Shown piece after piece: positions 12,261 to 28,803 of a DNA stretch of 64,000 nt. Below the pieces are notes generated by a model. That model saw nothing but the letters and a program-made list of their open reading frames with translations, did no database searches and was not told the DNA's origin. The DNA is from the human T2T-CHM13v2.0 reference genome, Homo sapiens, in NCBI RefSeq assembly GCF_009914755.1, contig NC_060942.1; one strand, 5' to 3'. Numbering within the stretch: position 1 is the first letter of the stretch; the number at the start of each line of letters is the position of its first letter. The translations under genes were made by a program, and so were the position numbers.

Positions 12261-14545
12261 AAGATATATTATTTCAGTCGCAGACACCAAACTTCTCTTG
12301 GGGAATAAGTGAACTTTGAGGGCGAGCATATCGCAGTACTGCTAAAGAGGTAGAAGCTGAGCTTAAGAGGGCCACAACAGGGGTACCAAATTCGAAGTTT
12401 GAAGTTTCGTATGTTGCTAAAATGGAAATATCTCCTCCTCCATTTCTCCATCCTTTCCAATCTACCATGGGAATATGACACTCACTAGTGCTTCGTGTAT
12501 GTTTTGGGGTTTTGTTTATTTGTTTTCTGCATTTATGTATTTATTCCTTTGGTTATAGAGTTATATGTCACTTGTATTTCTTCCTTTATTGTTATTTTAT
12601 TTCATTGTAGTAAGAATAATTAACGTGAGCACTATCTTCTTAAGAATACACTGCAGTATTTTTATCTATATATACAGTATTATACAGCTGATCTCTAGAC
12701 TTATATATCTTGCATAACTGAAATTTTATACCCAATGATTGGCAGCCCCTCCTTTGTCCCTTCCCTAGCCTCTAGAAACCACCATCTTGTTCTTTTCTTC
12801 TATGAGTTTGACTATTTTAAAAACCTCATATATGTGGAATAATGCACTGTTTAAACTCCTGTGACTGGCTTATTTTACTTAGCATAATGTTTTCCAGGTT
12901 CATCCATGTTGCTACATATTCTAGAACTTCCTTGTATTTTAAGTCTGAACAATATCACATTGTATGCATAGGTGTGTATCACATTTTCTTTATCCGTTCA
13001 TCTGTCCATGAAAATTTACAAAATTTTCAAATCTTAGCTATTGTGAAGGATGTTGTGATGAATATAAGAATGCTACTATATCTTTTAAAGTCCAGATTTA
13101 AATTATTTTTAGATAAGTATCCAGATTTGCATTGCTAGATCATATGGTAGTTCTGTTTTTATTTTAAGAAAGCGTCATAGTGTTTTGCAGAGTAGCTGCA
13201 CCTATTGCATTCCCACCAACAAAAGGCAAGGATTCCAATTTCTCTACACCCTTGAAAATACTTGTGAACTTTTGTTTTGTTTTGGATAATAGCCATTTTG
13301 GCAGGTGCGAGGTGATGATATTTCATTGTGGTTTAATTTGCATTTCCCTGATGATTAATATCATTGAGCATTTTTCAGTATACCTGTTGGCTATTTATTT
13401 ATATGACTTATTTGGAGAAATATCTATTCAAGTCTTTAGCCCACTTTTAAGTTGAGTTACTGGGGTGTTTTTTTTTTTTGCTCTTTGGTTGTAGGTATTC
13501 CTAATATAGTTTGGAAGTTAACCCCTTATCAGCATATGTTTTGCAAAAAAAATTTTTTTTTCTATTCTGTAAGGTACTTCTTACTCTGTTGATTATATCC
13601 TTCTCTGTGTAGAAGCCTTTTGATATACTTTTAAGGAGACTAGTAGTATTTTTCTGTTTTTGCTTTTGTCACCTATACTTTTGGTATCATTTTCATGACA
13701 TTGCCCAGACCAATATCATGGTATTTCCTGTGTTTTCTTCTAGAAGTTTTACAGTTGCAGGTCTTACACTTAGGCCATTAATCAATTTTGAGTTGATTTT
13801 TTCTCTATAGTATAGGGTTCAGTTTCATTCCTTTGCATGTAGATATCTGATTTTCCAGATACTATTTGTTAAAAAAAAATCCTTTGTCCATTGTGTATTT
13901 TTGTCTTGCTCAACAAAGATAATTTGACTATGTATGTGAGGCTTTATTTCTAGGCTTTCTATTCTGTTCCACTGGGCTATCGGTCTACCTTTATTCAGTA
14001 CCATATTGTTTAATTAATGTAGCTTTTAAATTTATTTTAAGATCAGAGAATATGATGCCTCCAGCTTTGTTCTTCATTTTGAAGATTGTTTTAGGTATTC
14101 GAAATCTGTTGTGGTTCTATATACATTTTAGAATTTATTTTCCATTTTTGTAAAAAAAATCCATTTTGTAAAAAAAGGACAAAAATATTTTAAAAGGCGT
14201 TGTATTAAATCTGTAGATTGTTTTGGGTGTCATGAGGATTTTAACAAAACTAAGTCTTCCAATTTTGAATACAAAATTTCTTTGCCTTTGTTTGTGTCTT
14301 CCTTAACTTATTTCATTAATGTTTCGTAGTTTTCAGTGTACAAGTCTGTCACATCTTTAGTTAAGTTTATTCCTAAGTATTTTACTGTTTTTGATGATAG
14401 TGTAAATAAGATTTATATTTCTTTTTTCTTCAGATAGTTTGTTACTAATGTACAGAAATGCAATAGTTGATCTCATATTCCGGCATATATGTTGTATGTT
14501 GATCTTATATTCCGGCACTTTCCTAAATATGTTTACTAGTTCTAA

Positions 14546-14548
<3 letters not shown>

Positions 14549-14578
<30 letters not shown>
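14549..14578. repeat. (GT)15 microsatellite
   Basis: Direct reading. Confidence 0.95.
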
Positions 14579-14580
<2 letters not shown>

Positions 14581-14830
14581 TCATTAGGGTTTTCTATATA
14601 AAATATCAGGTCATTTGTAAACAGGAACAATTTTACTACCTCTTTTTTGATTTGGATGTCTTTTATTCCTTTTATCTGGCTTATCTGCGTACTTGCTCTG
14701 ACTAGAACATCCACACTATGCTGACCCTGATCATGGTGAAAATGCTTTCACTTTTTCACCGTTCAGTATAATGTTAATTCTGTGCTGTTCGTATATGGTC
14801 TTTATTATGTAGAGTTAATATTTCCTCTAT

Positions 14831-15021
14831 TGTTTTTTAATTTACTTTTATTTTAAGTTCCAGGATACATGTGCAGGACATGCAGGTTTGTTACACAGGT
14901 AAATGTGTGCCATGGTGGTTTGCTGCATCTGTCAATCTATCACTTAGGTATTAAGCCCCACATGCATTAGCTATTTATCCTGATGCTCTACCTCCCTCCA
15001 ACCTCCTGAAAAGCCCCAGTG
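14831..15021 (-). mobile_element. Short L1PA 3' end nested in the older L1
   Basis: ttttaagttccaggatacatgtgcaggacatgcaggtttgttacacagg. Confidence 0.88.
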
Positions 15022-15216
15022 CCAGGGCCCTTTATTCTTAGTTGCTGAGAATTATCATAAAAGTGTGTTGAATTTTTTCAGGTGCTTTTTCTGCATGTGT
15101 TGAGAACATAATGGAGTTTTTTTTATTTTTTGGTTTATTGATATGAAAAATTACATTGATTAATTTTACATTTCAAACATATATTTCTCTGATAAACTAC
15201 TATTGTTCATGAAGTC

Positions 15217-15262
15217 ACACACATACACATACACACACATACACATACACACACATACACAC
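15217..15262. repeat. (CA/CATA)n microsatellite
   Basis: Direct reading. Confidence 0.9.
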
Positions 15263-15579
15263 AAATTCACTCTACAAATATATTTTTTAAATATTTGTAT
15301 TTAGTTTCATGGATAAATTGTGTGTGTTTTCTTTTTTGCAAGATCTTTGTAATATTATGTAATCAGGGTAACTCTGCAAAGTAAGTTAGGAAGCATTTTA
15401 TCCTCAATTTTGTGGATGGTTTTTATAGAATTATCATTATTTTATCTTTAAATATTTGGTTTCATTTATTTCCTCCATTGTTATGATGTCTTCTAATAAA
15501 TGTAGCAGCAGAAAACAATGTATGTTTATTATTTTGTCACTGTTTCTATGTTTCAGGACAATCAGTGCAGCCCAGCTGA

Positions 15580-15778
15580 GTCCTGGGTCTTAATTATATC
15601 TGCAAAATATTTCACTGTTGCCATATAAGGTAATATAACCACAGGAGTTGTATTCCATCACCTTTGCTATAATCTATGAGTTAGAAACAAGTTACATGTC
15701 CAGTTTACACACAAGGGGAAGTGGGTTATATACTGACATACACCACCAGGGTTAGTTTTAATATTGTATCTACCACAC
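15580..15778 (-). mobile_element. MaLR LTR fragment (MLT1F/G-like)
   Basis: ccatcacctttgctataatctatgagttagaaacaag...acacaaggggaag. Confidence 0.65.
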
Positions 15779-15779
15779 T

Positions 15780-16310
15780 TGTGATCACTTTAGATTTAAT
15801 TTGATTTTTATTAACTTCTTGATGTTTAAGTTTACATCATTGATTGAGAATTTATTTCCCTTCTAATAGAGGCCTTTAAAGCTGTAGACATCTAAGCATC
15901 ACTTGAGCTACAGTTAACATATTTAAATACACTATGGTTTCATTCATATTCAGTGCAAACTATTTTCTCAATTTTTGTTCATTTTTCATGAATCATGGAT
16001 TCAGAAATGTCTTCCTTAATATTTGGGAAGCTTCAAAATATTATTCTACCATCAATTTATAGTTTCATGTATTGTGGTCAAATAACACCCTTTGTAATAT
16101 TTTTGACTATTTAAAATGTATTTGAGATTTGCTTTCTGCCCCCAAATTTCATTAATCATGGTGAAATCTTCATGTGCACTTGAAAATCACGTGTATTCTG
16201 CAGCGGTCGTGTGGAGTGCTCTAAAAATCTTAATCAGGTCTAGTTGCTCAAGGATGTCATCCAGTTGCTCAAGTTATATTATTACTCATTTTTGTCTCTT
16301 GGATATCCGA
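15780..16310 (-). mobile_element. Old L1M ORF2 fragment
   Basis: catgtgcacttgaaaatcacgtgtattctgcagc...gtggagtgctcta. Confidence 0.7.
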
Positions 16311-17904
16311 CCTTGACCTTACCCCATCTTTCCAATGATCCCCTGGTAGAAGCCCACAGACAGCAGTGCTGAGCAGAGTGCAGCCTCTCCTCTAGTCACA
16401 AGCTCCCAGGGATCATAATATTTTATGCTCACCTGCACTTGGCCTTTAAGAATTAATTAAAACTTCTTTTAATTTTTTCCAAGTTGGTTTTATGGTTGCC
16501 AACTCTCCCACCAACAAATTGCCAAAAGTGAAACAATTTTACACAACGCGTCTTTCTTTGGAGTGGCTTATCACCATTAGTAATTGCTTACCACGTGAAT
16601 TTAACTCTCTTCCGTTTTATACAAAACAACAATTTTTCCCCCTTTTAGAGTGGCAGTGATCTTCTCTTGTAGTTTCTACTTCCTAAGTATAAGCAGAACT
16701 AAAAAACCTTGGGGCTTGAAAACGGGCAGAAATATTTCTGATACCCCATCCTCAATTCAGAGCCAGCTTGCCCCGATTGGCACCCCCACAGGACAGTCCT
16801 CTTTCCGAAATGGTCACTGCTCCAAAACGTATGGTACATATGGTTTGATAGATTTTAAATCCTGAAAACAACAAAAGGAATCAATCCAGCAGAGGTTAAT
16901 AAAAATGCTTCCTTATTGGCTATAGTTGAGAATGATAAATAGTGAAATGTTGGAAAGTAAAGACATAAAAGGCAAACTGGAGATTTATCCTACAAAATTT
17001 AACTCTTCCTTTTTGTGAAAGGTGATACACAGAGCATTTGTGAGGAATGGGGGCACATTTCACAAGTTATACTCTGCCCCAAGGGGCTACTTTTGGATTT
17101 CTTACTCTTGTTGATGTTAGTGGTTTTCATTAGAATAAGAGAAAGTGGTACAAAAGTTTCCAGAGAAACACCTCCTCAGTACTAAGTCAGCAACATGAGA
17201 ATCAGGATTGCTATTTGATGATTATTCATGCATACGCGTATGTGAACATGTGTGAACACACCTTGTGTATAGGACAAAATGCCTTTAGACAACACTCACT
17301 ATCTAGATACAAAACAAGCAAATACCAGGTAGCTTTGAAAATGAGATACATTCCAGATTACATATTCATTTAAAATAGTATATTTCTTCTATTGCTTTTT
17401 AGAGTACAGTGGAAATTACCATAAGTAACGTATTTTCTGAAATAGGCATGCATTTTAAATGAAAAATCATAATATATTATGAACTCTTATGAGCATATTA
17501 GGAAACAGAAAGAATTCACTGGCACAGGGGACTGAAAGAAACACAGAGAGTGAACTTCTGGTTTCTTCAGATCTCTAAGGACAAAACATAACAGAAAAGA
17601 CTTTCTTGTTCTGTGAGCCAATCCAATCTTGATTATACTTTCTATGTGCAATTTGTTTAAAAAATCTAATCATCTTCTCCTGCTCCAGATATAACCTCTC
17701 CACCCCATGTGGTTCATATTATGTAAATGGAGTCAGAAATGTAATTGCTCAAATTTGATTATAGCGGCTTGTTGCCCGTGGTATCATTAAAAGTGCAAGT
17801 TGACACATGAGCTTCTAGTTTATGGTACTGCATGTCATAAGCACATTAGTTAAGGCAGTAACAGCCCTGTTTGCTTTTATACTGCAACTGGCAAAAGACA
17901 TATT

Positions 17905-18290
17905 TGTAGAATAGGCTAACTGCCGTAACAAACAGCTCTCAAATCTCAGTGGATTACACACCAGAGTTTCTCACATGCATCCCAGTGGGACGTAGGTGGG
18001 CAGCAACCAGGGAAGGCCCTCCGCTCCCTAGGCTCAGCTTCCTCCGTGGGGCTCCCAGTCCTTCGCTGCATCCTTTGGCCTCTGGTGACAAATGTACCAG
18101 GGAAGACTGCACAGAAGAGTTAAGTAAGAGGTGAAGGACAGGCTTGCAAGTGCACCACCCCTTCTGCCCTTTCATTGCACAGATCTCAGTCACATGGGCA
18201 GTCTTTGCAAGGGAATCATGAATGTTGACAGCAAGGTGCTATCTAAAACAAATACAGATTTTTTGGACAACTCATGGGGATCTACTACAG
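17905..18290 (-). mobile_element. MaLR LTR (MLT1J/K-like)
   Basis: taggctaactgccgtaacaaacagctctcaaatctcagtgg...ctcagtcacatgg. Confidence 0.6.
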
Positions 18291-18792
18291 ACAATACTCA
18301 GCAAGATACAAAATAGATAACCTACAATGTGACTTGGTCCCAAAGGTGTGAGGTTAATGAAGAGAACAATTATTTTTTAAAGCAAATTTTTAAACTGCAA
18401 AAAGGTAGTTTTATTCTATAAATAAGCTTATTATAATTTTATAAAAATTACTAGAGAGTGGCGAAGGTGGCAGGTAAATGAAAGATAGGAAAACACTTCT
18501 CTACCTTCCTTGGTCCCAGGAATAGACTTTCCAGTAATTCTAAAGGGATGTCAGGAGTCACCACAGAGCCACTGCAGGGATTTGGGGTATTTATATTGCT
18601 GTACCCACAGGAATAGACATCAACTCCTTAAGCTAATACTTTGGTGACATTAGCTAAGTGCATACTTACAAATAGTACGTGGACTCTTTTTTTCTTTTTT
18701 TCCTCCAGCTTTTAATTTGTGTGTAAGTTATTTCTGGGGTTAAATTATTAGTTTAACATTCTGCACACTATGAAACAATAAAGAAGAATTAA

Positions 18793-19142
<350 letters not shown>

Positions 19143-21478
19143 GGTACTTGTTAAAAGTGGTATAATGCACAAGAGCATAGCTTATTTTATAAGGGCAAAT
19201 ACAGACCTAGATTCCAGCTTACAAAGAACACCAAGACACTGGATTGGAGAATCCTAGAGAATGCACATTTTGTAACTCAGACAGGATTTTGTAAGGGTAA
19301 ATTTATGGAAACTGATAATATTATAACACTAAATTGCAAGCCTTGAGGGAACTCGAAGTAGAATTAGCCTCAAGGAGGAGAAGAGAAACTGATAATATTA
19401 CATACCTGTACTTAATGCTGAACTACAGTAGCTTTTCCACATAAATTGCTTAAGTGATTGTTAAAACACCTTAAAAGTGTCATTGTCATAAATGTCATAT
19501 ATTCCACAAGTTATAGATATTTTTGTGAAGGATAAATCTGTGTATCTCATTGTATGATAAAAGTAAGAAAACACAGATAATCAAAATAAGAAAAAGATAA
19601 AATATCACGAATAATTCTACTTCATGGAGACAAGTGCTCTCATCTAAGAATATATCTTTTCAAAATCCTTTTCTGTATTTCAATGTGATCACATTATGTG
19701 CTATTGAGAATGATCTGGTGAACAGCGGCATTTATAATGACACTCATTGGTTATCTACCATTTCTGGCAATTTTAATTTCAACATTATTTAAAGCAGTTT
19801 GATTTATTTCATGCATTGTGTTATATAATTTTAAGTTATTTTCTTATCTTTATATAGAATAGACGATCAGAAAGGAAGGAATTGAGATCTCAATTACAAA
19901 CTCACAATTTCAAAGGTGAAAAAATGAGTCAGATAGATTCTGGACTAAAATTTCCCTCTTATTCCAAAATGGCATTTCCCTAGGCTGTAAAAGAGCACAC
20001 ATTTCTCAAAACCTTCGCAAGTTCCCATTACAGTAAAATGGCTACTCGGCTTCTGTTTTAATTCCGTATTTAGTCAATTTGCCAGCAATCACATTGTAAG
20101 TGTCATTTGCAAATGGAGTCTCATAAATATTCCAGTTTGCACATTTTTGTGTACCGAGCATTCACACTGGATGGTGCAGTTTCATTTTAGTTAAGGAAAA
20201 TTGTATGCATTTGGGATTGTTTGGTTCCCAACATGATGAAACCCAATGCTGTAACTAAATAGCTCTTATGGCAATTTATCATTTGTTGGCTTTAAAAAAA
20301 GTTCATCACTTCATCCCATGACATTGCTTTCTTTGCAAGTTGCAGAACAGATTTTTCACTAAAAGACACTTGTCATCTCACATTTTAGTATCCATACTAC
20401 CCAGAGATTTTTTTTTTTAATTCTAAATGTTGTTTTTGTTTTGTTTGTTTTTGGTTTTTTGTTTTCCCTTGAGGCAGACACAAGAGGGAACTTATAAAAA
20501 GACAGGGAGATAGAATCTTTATTCCTTCTTCTAAACCTTAAAATTAATGTAATTTTTTGGTTTTGCCATTTGCTGTTTTTGTATTTTACTAACATAGATT
20601 AGTAGCTACAAAAGGAAACAAGGCAGACTGCTCACCTGTTTACTAATACAAACAATGAAAATAGATTTCACTTCCCAAAGGACTGTCACGTACTGTGATT
20701 TATTCTTGGTGCTTAAAATTAATTGTGTAACTTAATGTTTACAGCTTCTTTCCTAGAAGATTATTCATATTAATTTATAGAAGGGAACATGAGGATCTTA
20801 AATTTAATGTAAATTATCTAGGGTTCAAGTCCTAATCAGTAGAACAGCAAGTTTCACTTCCAGGTTTGACTTACCACAAATCTGCAATTTATAACCATTC
20901 TGCAACCTGGTTTGGCTCCAAAATACTTGACACGGAGCTATTTAGTAGAAAGAAAAGAAAAGAAATTATAATTTTAAATGAGAACTTTGTATTATTTAAC
21001 ATATCAATAATTATACCTTTCTCACACCATCACAGAAAACCAAGAGCTGCCTGTACTCAATCTGTACCCCATTATTCGTACCTCATTATTTATTCCCCAA
21101 AGAAATTGTTTGGGGTACAAATAATGTAATCTGCTGATTACCCCGTTATGACATTTCTACTTCCTTTTTAATTTTTGAGAGAAATGATGACAATTAACTT
21201 AAAAATACTATTTAAAACATTTGTAAGTACTCCATTATTTTACACTTCTTTTTGGAACTCACTTTAGATTTACGGAATGTTGCATATTTGTTTATAGTTT
21301 ATTTTGTCTTTCGCCTGAGGGTTTGCAGTCAATACACTGTTTTCAGAAGGTAGCTGCCTTATTTCTTCCTCTCAGTGTGTTTATGTTATTCATTATTCAT
21401 TTTGAATACAGTAGGATTTATCTGTTTGTGTTTGTTTGCCACCCTTTTTTTCCCTCATCTTCACTGTTGATTTTATTT

Positions 21479-21503
21479 GTGTGTGTGTGTGTGTGTGTGT
21501 GTG
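21479..21503. repeat. (GT)n microsatellite
   Basis: Direct reading. Confidence 0.9.
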
Positions 21504-21726
21504 CGCAATAAGTATTGCCATTTTATACAGAGTGGAAATTTATAAAAAGATCTACTCAAATAAGTGTCCCTCCTCCATCCCTTTTCACCCATTTCCATAA
21601 ACTTCTTATAGGAAACTTAATCTCATTGGGTTCTGACTCACCCTTCCTCCGTGTCCTTTTGTACAAATGAGCATCTACCTGTGTATTTCTTATATCAGCT
21701 TTTTCTTACAAAAAAAAGAGAGCACG

Positions 21727-21971
21727 CTTAGTCTCCTCGTGCTTACAACAAAAAATACTGTAAATTAGGTGGCTTATATGCATCAGAAACATATTGCTTA
21801 GAGTTCCTCCCATGGTGGAAAGGGTAAAGAGGCTTTCTTGGGCCTCTTTTATAAGGGCACTAATTCCATTTATGATTGGCTCGTAAAGGCCCCACTTCTT
21901 AATACTATTGCATTGGGGATTCAATTTCAACATAAAACTTTTGGAAGGACACAAACATTCAGATGATAGCA
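21727..21971 (-). mobile_element. MaLR LTR (MLT1A-like), internally deleted
   Basis: gcctcttttataagggcactaattccatt...aggccccacttcttaatac...gacacaaacattcagatgatagca. Confidence 0.85.
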
Positions 21972-22034
21972 TACACTATAGATATTCCTTTGAACTTTGT
22001 GTATTTTTAAAATCTGACTTTTTTCACTTAGCAC

Positions 22035-22199
22035 AAGGAATAATAGACTACAGGCTGTGGGCCAAATACAGCTCATGGCTAGTAAGCTAAGAATAATTTT
22101 CACATTCTTAAATATTGAAGAAAAGAAGAGAAAAAATATGGATAAAGATTGTATATGGCTTGCAAAGCCTAAACTATTTAGCAGCTGGTCTTTGACAGT

Positions 22200-22200
<1 letters not shown>
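22035..22200. mobile_element. hAT-Charlie MER58-like DNA transposon relic
   Basis: gggccaaatacagc...gctaagaataattttcacatt...gcaaagcctaaactatttagcagctggtctttgacag. Confidence 0.75.
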
Positions 22201-24640
<2,440 letters not shown>

Positions 24641-24643
24641 TGA

Positions 24644-25149
<506 letters not shown>

Positions 25150-25495
25150 TGATTAATAATACTTTTATAATACATTTAGAACATTTATATTTAATGTGAT
25201 CCTTGATATAGATGTTTTTAATCATTTTGTTCTTGTTTCCTATTTTTCCTAGTTCTGTTGTTATTGTTTTGTTTTTTAGTACTCATTCCAGATTTATTAC
25301 TTCCATTCCAGGTTGTACCAACAATAGCAGACACAATTCTTTTCTTTTTTTTAAGGAGCTTGCTCAAGGTTTTATTACTAGTAACTGACATAATCAATGT
25401 TTTCCAAAATGTTCTCATACTGTAGGCCCTCTTTTAAGTCCTGCACCTGAAACATTTTTGATCATGGATTTCTTTCTTTTTTTTTAAGAAAAAGA

Positions 25496-25553
25496 TTTTA
25501 TTTTGTTTTTTTATTATAATTTAAGTTCTAGGGTACATGTGCACAATGTGCAC
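25496..25553 (-). mobile_element. Very short L1PA 3' terminus
   Basis: ttattataatttaagttctagggtacatgtgcacaatgtgca. Confidence 0.85.
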
Positions 25554-25649
25554 AATTCTTTTCTATACAACGCAGAAGCCATTGGCATAGACAACAAGCA
25601 ACTCTGGTGCTTTTCAAACACTGCTTTCTCTTTTAACTTCCAGGACTCA

Positions 25650-26065
25650 ATGTTAGCTTTTTAAGGCTGCATTAACAAAGTATGACAGGATGGGTGGCTT
25701 AAACACATGAAATTTGTCTCAGTTCTGGAGGCTTGAATTGTAAGATGAAGGTCTTGACAGGGTTTTGTCTCCTGAGGGTTGGGAGGGAAGGATCTGTTCC
25801 TGACCTCTCTCCTTGGCTTACAGATGGCTGTTGCCTTCTCCCAGTGTTTTCATATGGTCTTCCCTCTGTGTGAATCTATTTCCTAATCTCCTCTTCTTAT
25901 AGAGACAACAGTAATATTGATTTAGAAATCAATCTAATGACCTCGTTTTAACTTAATTATATGCTAAAGACCCTATGTTCAAATATAGTCAAATTTATAT
26001 GTTGAAGTACTAACCCTCAATATTCAACATGTTAATTTTTGGCAGACACAATTTAAGCTACAACA
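25650..26065 (-). mobile_element. MaLR LTR (MLT1B/C-like)
   Basis: gggtggcttaaacac...cagttctggaggc...ctctctccttggcttacagatggc...aatgacctcgttttaacttaatta. Confidence 0.85.
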
Positions 26066-26269
26066 AATTCTTTGATTTCTATTATATTTTTTATTTTTCA
26101 TAATCCTATGGTGCATCCAATGATACCCAGGAGCCAGGTGTGTGAATATGATTGAAAAGATCCACAAAAGGTTGGTTGGATATTTGTGTTCAGTCAAAGC
26201 TACTTGCACAGAAGCCATTTTCACAAAGCAAGGGTGGATCATATGTCCTATTAATATTTTTTGTCTTTC

Positions 26270-26860
26270 TTTTTCTGTAACAACTTTATAGAGTGAGAGG
26301 CAATTCACATACCATATAATTCATCCACTTAAACTGTACAATTCAATGTGCACCTTTTCTTGGTTCATCTTTCTTTGCTTTCTGACTTCTTTGGCTTAAG
26401 CAATTTTTAATTATTCTATTTTATCTTTTAAGCTAACTAGGTGTAACTTTATTTTTTTTTCTTTTAGGGTTTGCTTTAGGGTTTACAGTGTACATACTTA
26501 ACTCGTTACAGTCTACTATCAATTTGTATTATACCATTTCACAAATCATATAAGATAAATAAGCTTTCAAGTGGTATACCTCCATTTTTTCCTTTCAGAC
26601 ATTCATACAATTGTTATCATATATTTTATTACTGTATATGTTATAAATCCTGTATTACATTGTTTTCATCTTTATTTTAGCAACCAATTACTTTTTAAAT
26701 ATATTTGAATGCTAACAAAATTTCTTGTACATTGACCTTAAAAATGATTTCTCATCATTCCTGGCTCTCATTCTTTTATGTAGATCTATATATTTATATA
26801 ATGGTCATTTTTTTTCTTCTTTAAGGACTTTTGTCACATTCCTTGAAATCACTTCTGCTG
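26270..26860 (-). mobile_element. L1MB 3' tip plus old L1M fragment
   Basis: caattcacataccatataattcatccacttaaactgtacaattcaatg; degenerate ORF2 downstream. Confidence 0.6.
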
Positions 26861-26868
26861 GTGATGTC

Positions 26869-28560
26869 CAGGCACACCTTGTTTTTTGGGGCTTTGCTTT
26901 ACCGTGATTTGCAAATGTTGCCTCTTTTATAAACTGGGGGTTCATGGCAACCCTGCAGTGAGCAAGTCTATCAGCACAATTTTTCCAATAGCAGGAGCTC
27001 ACGTTGTGTCTTTGTCACATTTTGGTAATTCTTGCAATATTTTTAACTTTTTCATTCTTATTTTACATAGTGTTAGAGTTGTTATGGAGCCCCCCGATCC
27101 GTGACCATATAAAAAAAAATCAAACAATCTCTAAAGATTGTTTGTATTCTGATTGCTCCACCCACTGGTCATTCCTCCATCACTCTTCCTCTTCTGGGGC
27201 CTCCCTTTTACATGAGACAAAACAATATTGAAAATAGGCCAATTAATAATCCTGCAATAGCCTCTGTGTGTTCAACTATTTGTTTATTTCATCTAGTGTT
27301 TAAGTGAAAGAAAGAGTCGCACATCTCTCACTTTAAATAAAACACTAAAAATGATTAAGCCTATTGAGGAAGGCATGTTGAAAGCCAATATAGGCTGAAA
27401 GCTATGCCTATCACACCAAACAGTTTGCCAGGTTTTCAATGCGAAGAAAACATTTTTTAAGAAAATTGAAAGTGCTACTTTAGTCAACACACAAATAATA
27501 AGAAAGTGAATAGCTTTATTGCTGACATGAAGAAAGTTTTCATGGTTTGGATGGAAGATCAAGCCAGTCAAAATGGTCCCTTAAACCAAAGCCTAATCCA
27601 GAGTAAGGCCCCAACTCTCTTCAATTCTGTGAAGCTTGAGAGAGGCGAGGAAGCTGTAGAAGAAAAGTTGAAGGCTAGCAGAGGTTGGTTCATAAGGTTG
27701 AAGAAAAGAAGCCATCACCATAACATAAAAGTAAAAGGTGAAGCAAGCAGCAAGAGCTAATGTAGAGGCCGCAGAAGTTAGCCAGATCTACCTAAGACAA
27801 TTTATGAAACGTAGCTACAATAGACAATAGATTTTCAATAGAGACAAAACAGCCTTCCATTTAATGAAGACACCATCTAGGACTTTCACAGCTAGAGAGG
27901 AGAAGTCAATGCCTGGATTTAAAGGTTCAAAGGACAGGGCGACTGTTTTGTTAGGGGCTAATGCAGTTGGTGACTTTCAGTTGAAGCCAATGCTCATTTT
28001 CCATTCTGAAAATCCGAGGACCTTTGAGAATCATGCCAAATGTGCTCCACCTGTGCTATATAAATGGAACAACAAAGCCTGATGACAGCACATCTTTTAC
28101 GGCATGATTTACTAAATATTTTAATTTCGCTGTTGAGACCTACTCTCAGAAAAACAGATTCCTTTCCAAATATTACTTCTTATTGGCAATGTACTCAGTC
28201 ACCCAAGAGGTCTGAGGGAAATGTATAAGAAACTTAATGTCGTTTTCATTCCTGCTAACACAACATCCTTTCAGCAGCCCAAGGATCAAGGAGTTATTTC
28301 TGTTTTCAAGTCTTATTATTTAAAAATTACAATTTGTAAGGTTTTGAGAGGTTCAGGGCTTAATGGAAGAAATAACTGCACATGTGGCAGCAAAAGCAAG
28401 AGAGCTAGAATGGAAACTGGAGCCTGTAGATGTGACTGAATTGCTGCAATCTCGTGATCAAACTTTAAAGAATGAGGAGTTGCTTCTTTTGGATGAGAAA
28501 AAAGTGGTTTATTGAGATAGAATCTACTCCTGGTTAAGATGCTGTGAAATTGTTGATAGC
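26869..28560 (+). mobile_element. Tigger1 DNA transposon, dead (frameshifts, internal and 3' deletions)
   Basis: 5' TIR caggcacacctt; ORF fragments ([22 protein letters not shown]...KASRGWF; [21 protein letters not shown]...[13 protein letters not shown]; PANTTSFQQPKDQGVI) match the pogo-type transposase. Confidence 0.95.
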
Positions 28561-28569
28561 AAAAGATGG

Positions 28570-28690
28570 TTTGACGTTACGTTTTCTACTTTATGATGAG
28601 TTTATGGAGATATTAAATGCATTTTTGACATGGTATTTTTGACTTATTATGCATTTATTGGGACATAACCACATTGCAAGTTGAGATTAT
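28570..28690. mobile_element. Tigger-family relic (MER47-like terminus)
   Basis: ttaaatgcatttttgac...tttattgggacataaccacattgcaagttgag. Confidence 0.65.
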
Positions 28691-28803
28691 TTGTTGAAAA
28701 AAGAAATAATGAAATTTTAACTTCTTATTTTTATTAGTAGGATTTTTGAAGTGTTGAGGGGGTACAGTTGAAAATACCCTTTTTAATCTTCCCCTCCAAA
28801 AAA

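Larger units (their letters stand above)
12585..15480 (-). mobile_element. L1MA9/10-like, 5'-truncated, interrupted
   Basis: 3'UTR (gatctctagactt...cttgcataactgaaattttataccc) followed by ~2.5 kb of antisense ORF2. Confidence 0.88.

Noticed and set aside
14468-14518. 19-bp direct repeat ttgatctYatattccggca; similar micro-duplications near 10922-10946 and 14142-14177
   Set aside because: Two-copy slippage duplications in or near decayed repeats; not an array or CRISPR-like.
27506-28439. Transposase-like ORFs as a possible domesticated TIGD-type gene
   Set aside because: Broken by stops and frameshifts, the start codon appears mutated and there is a large deletion; a dead Tigger1.
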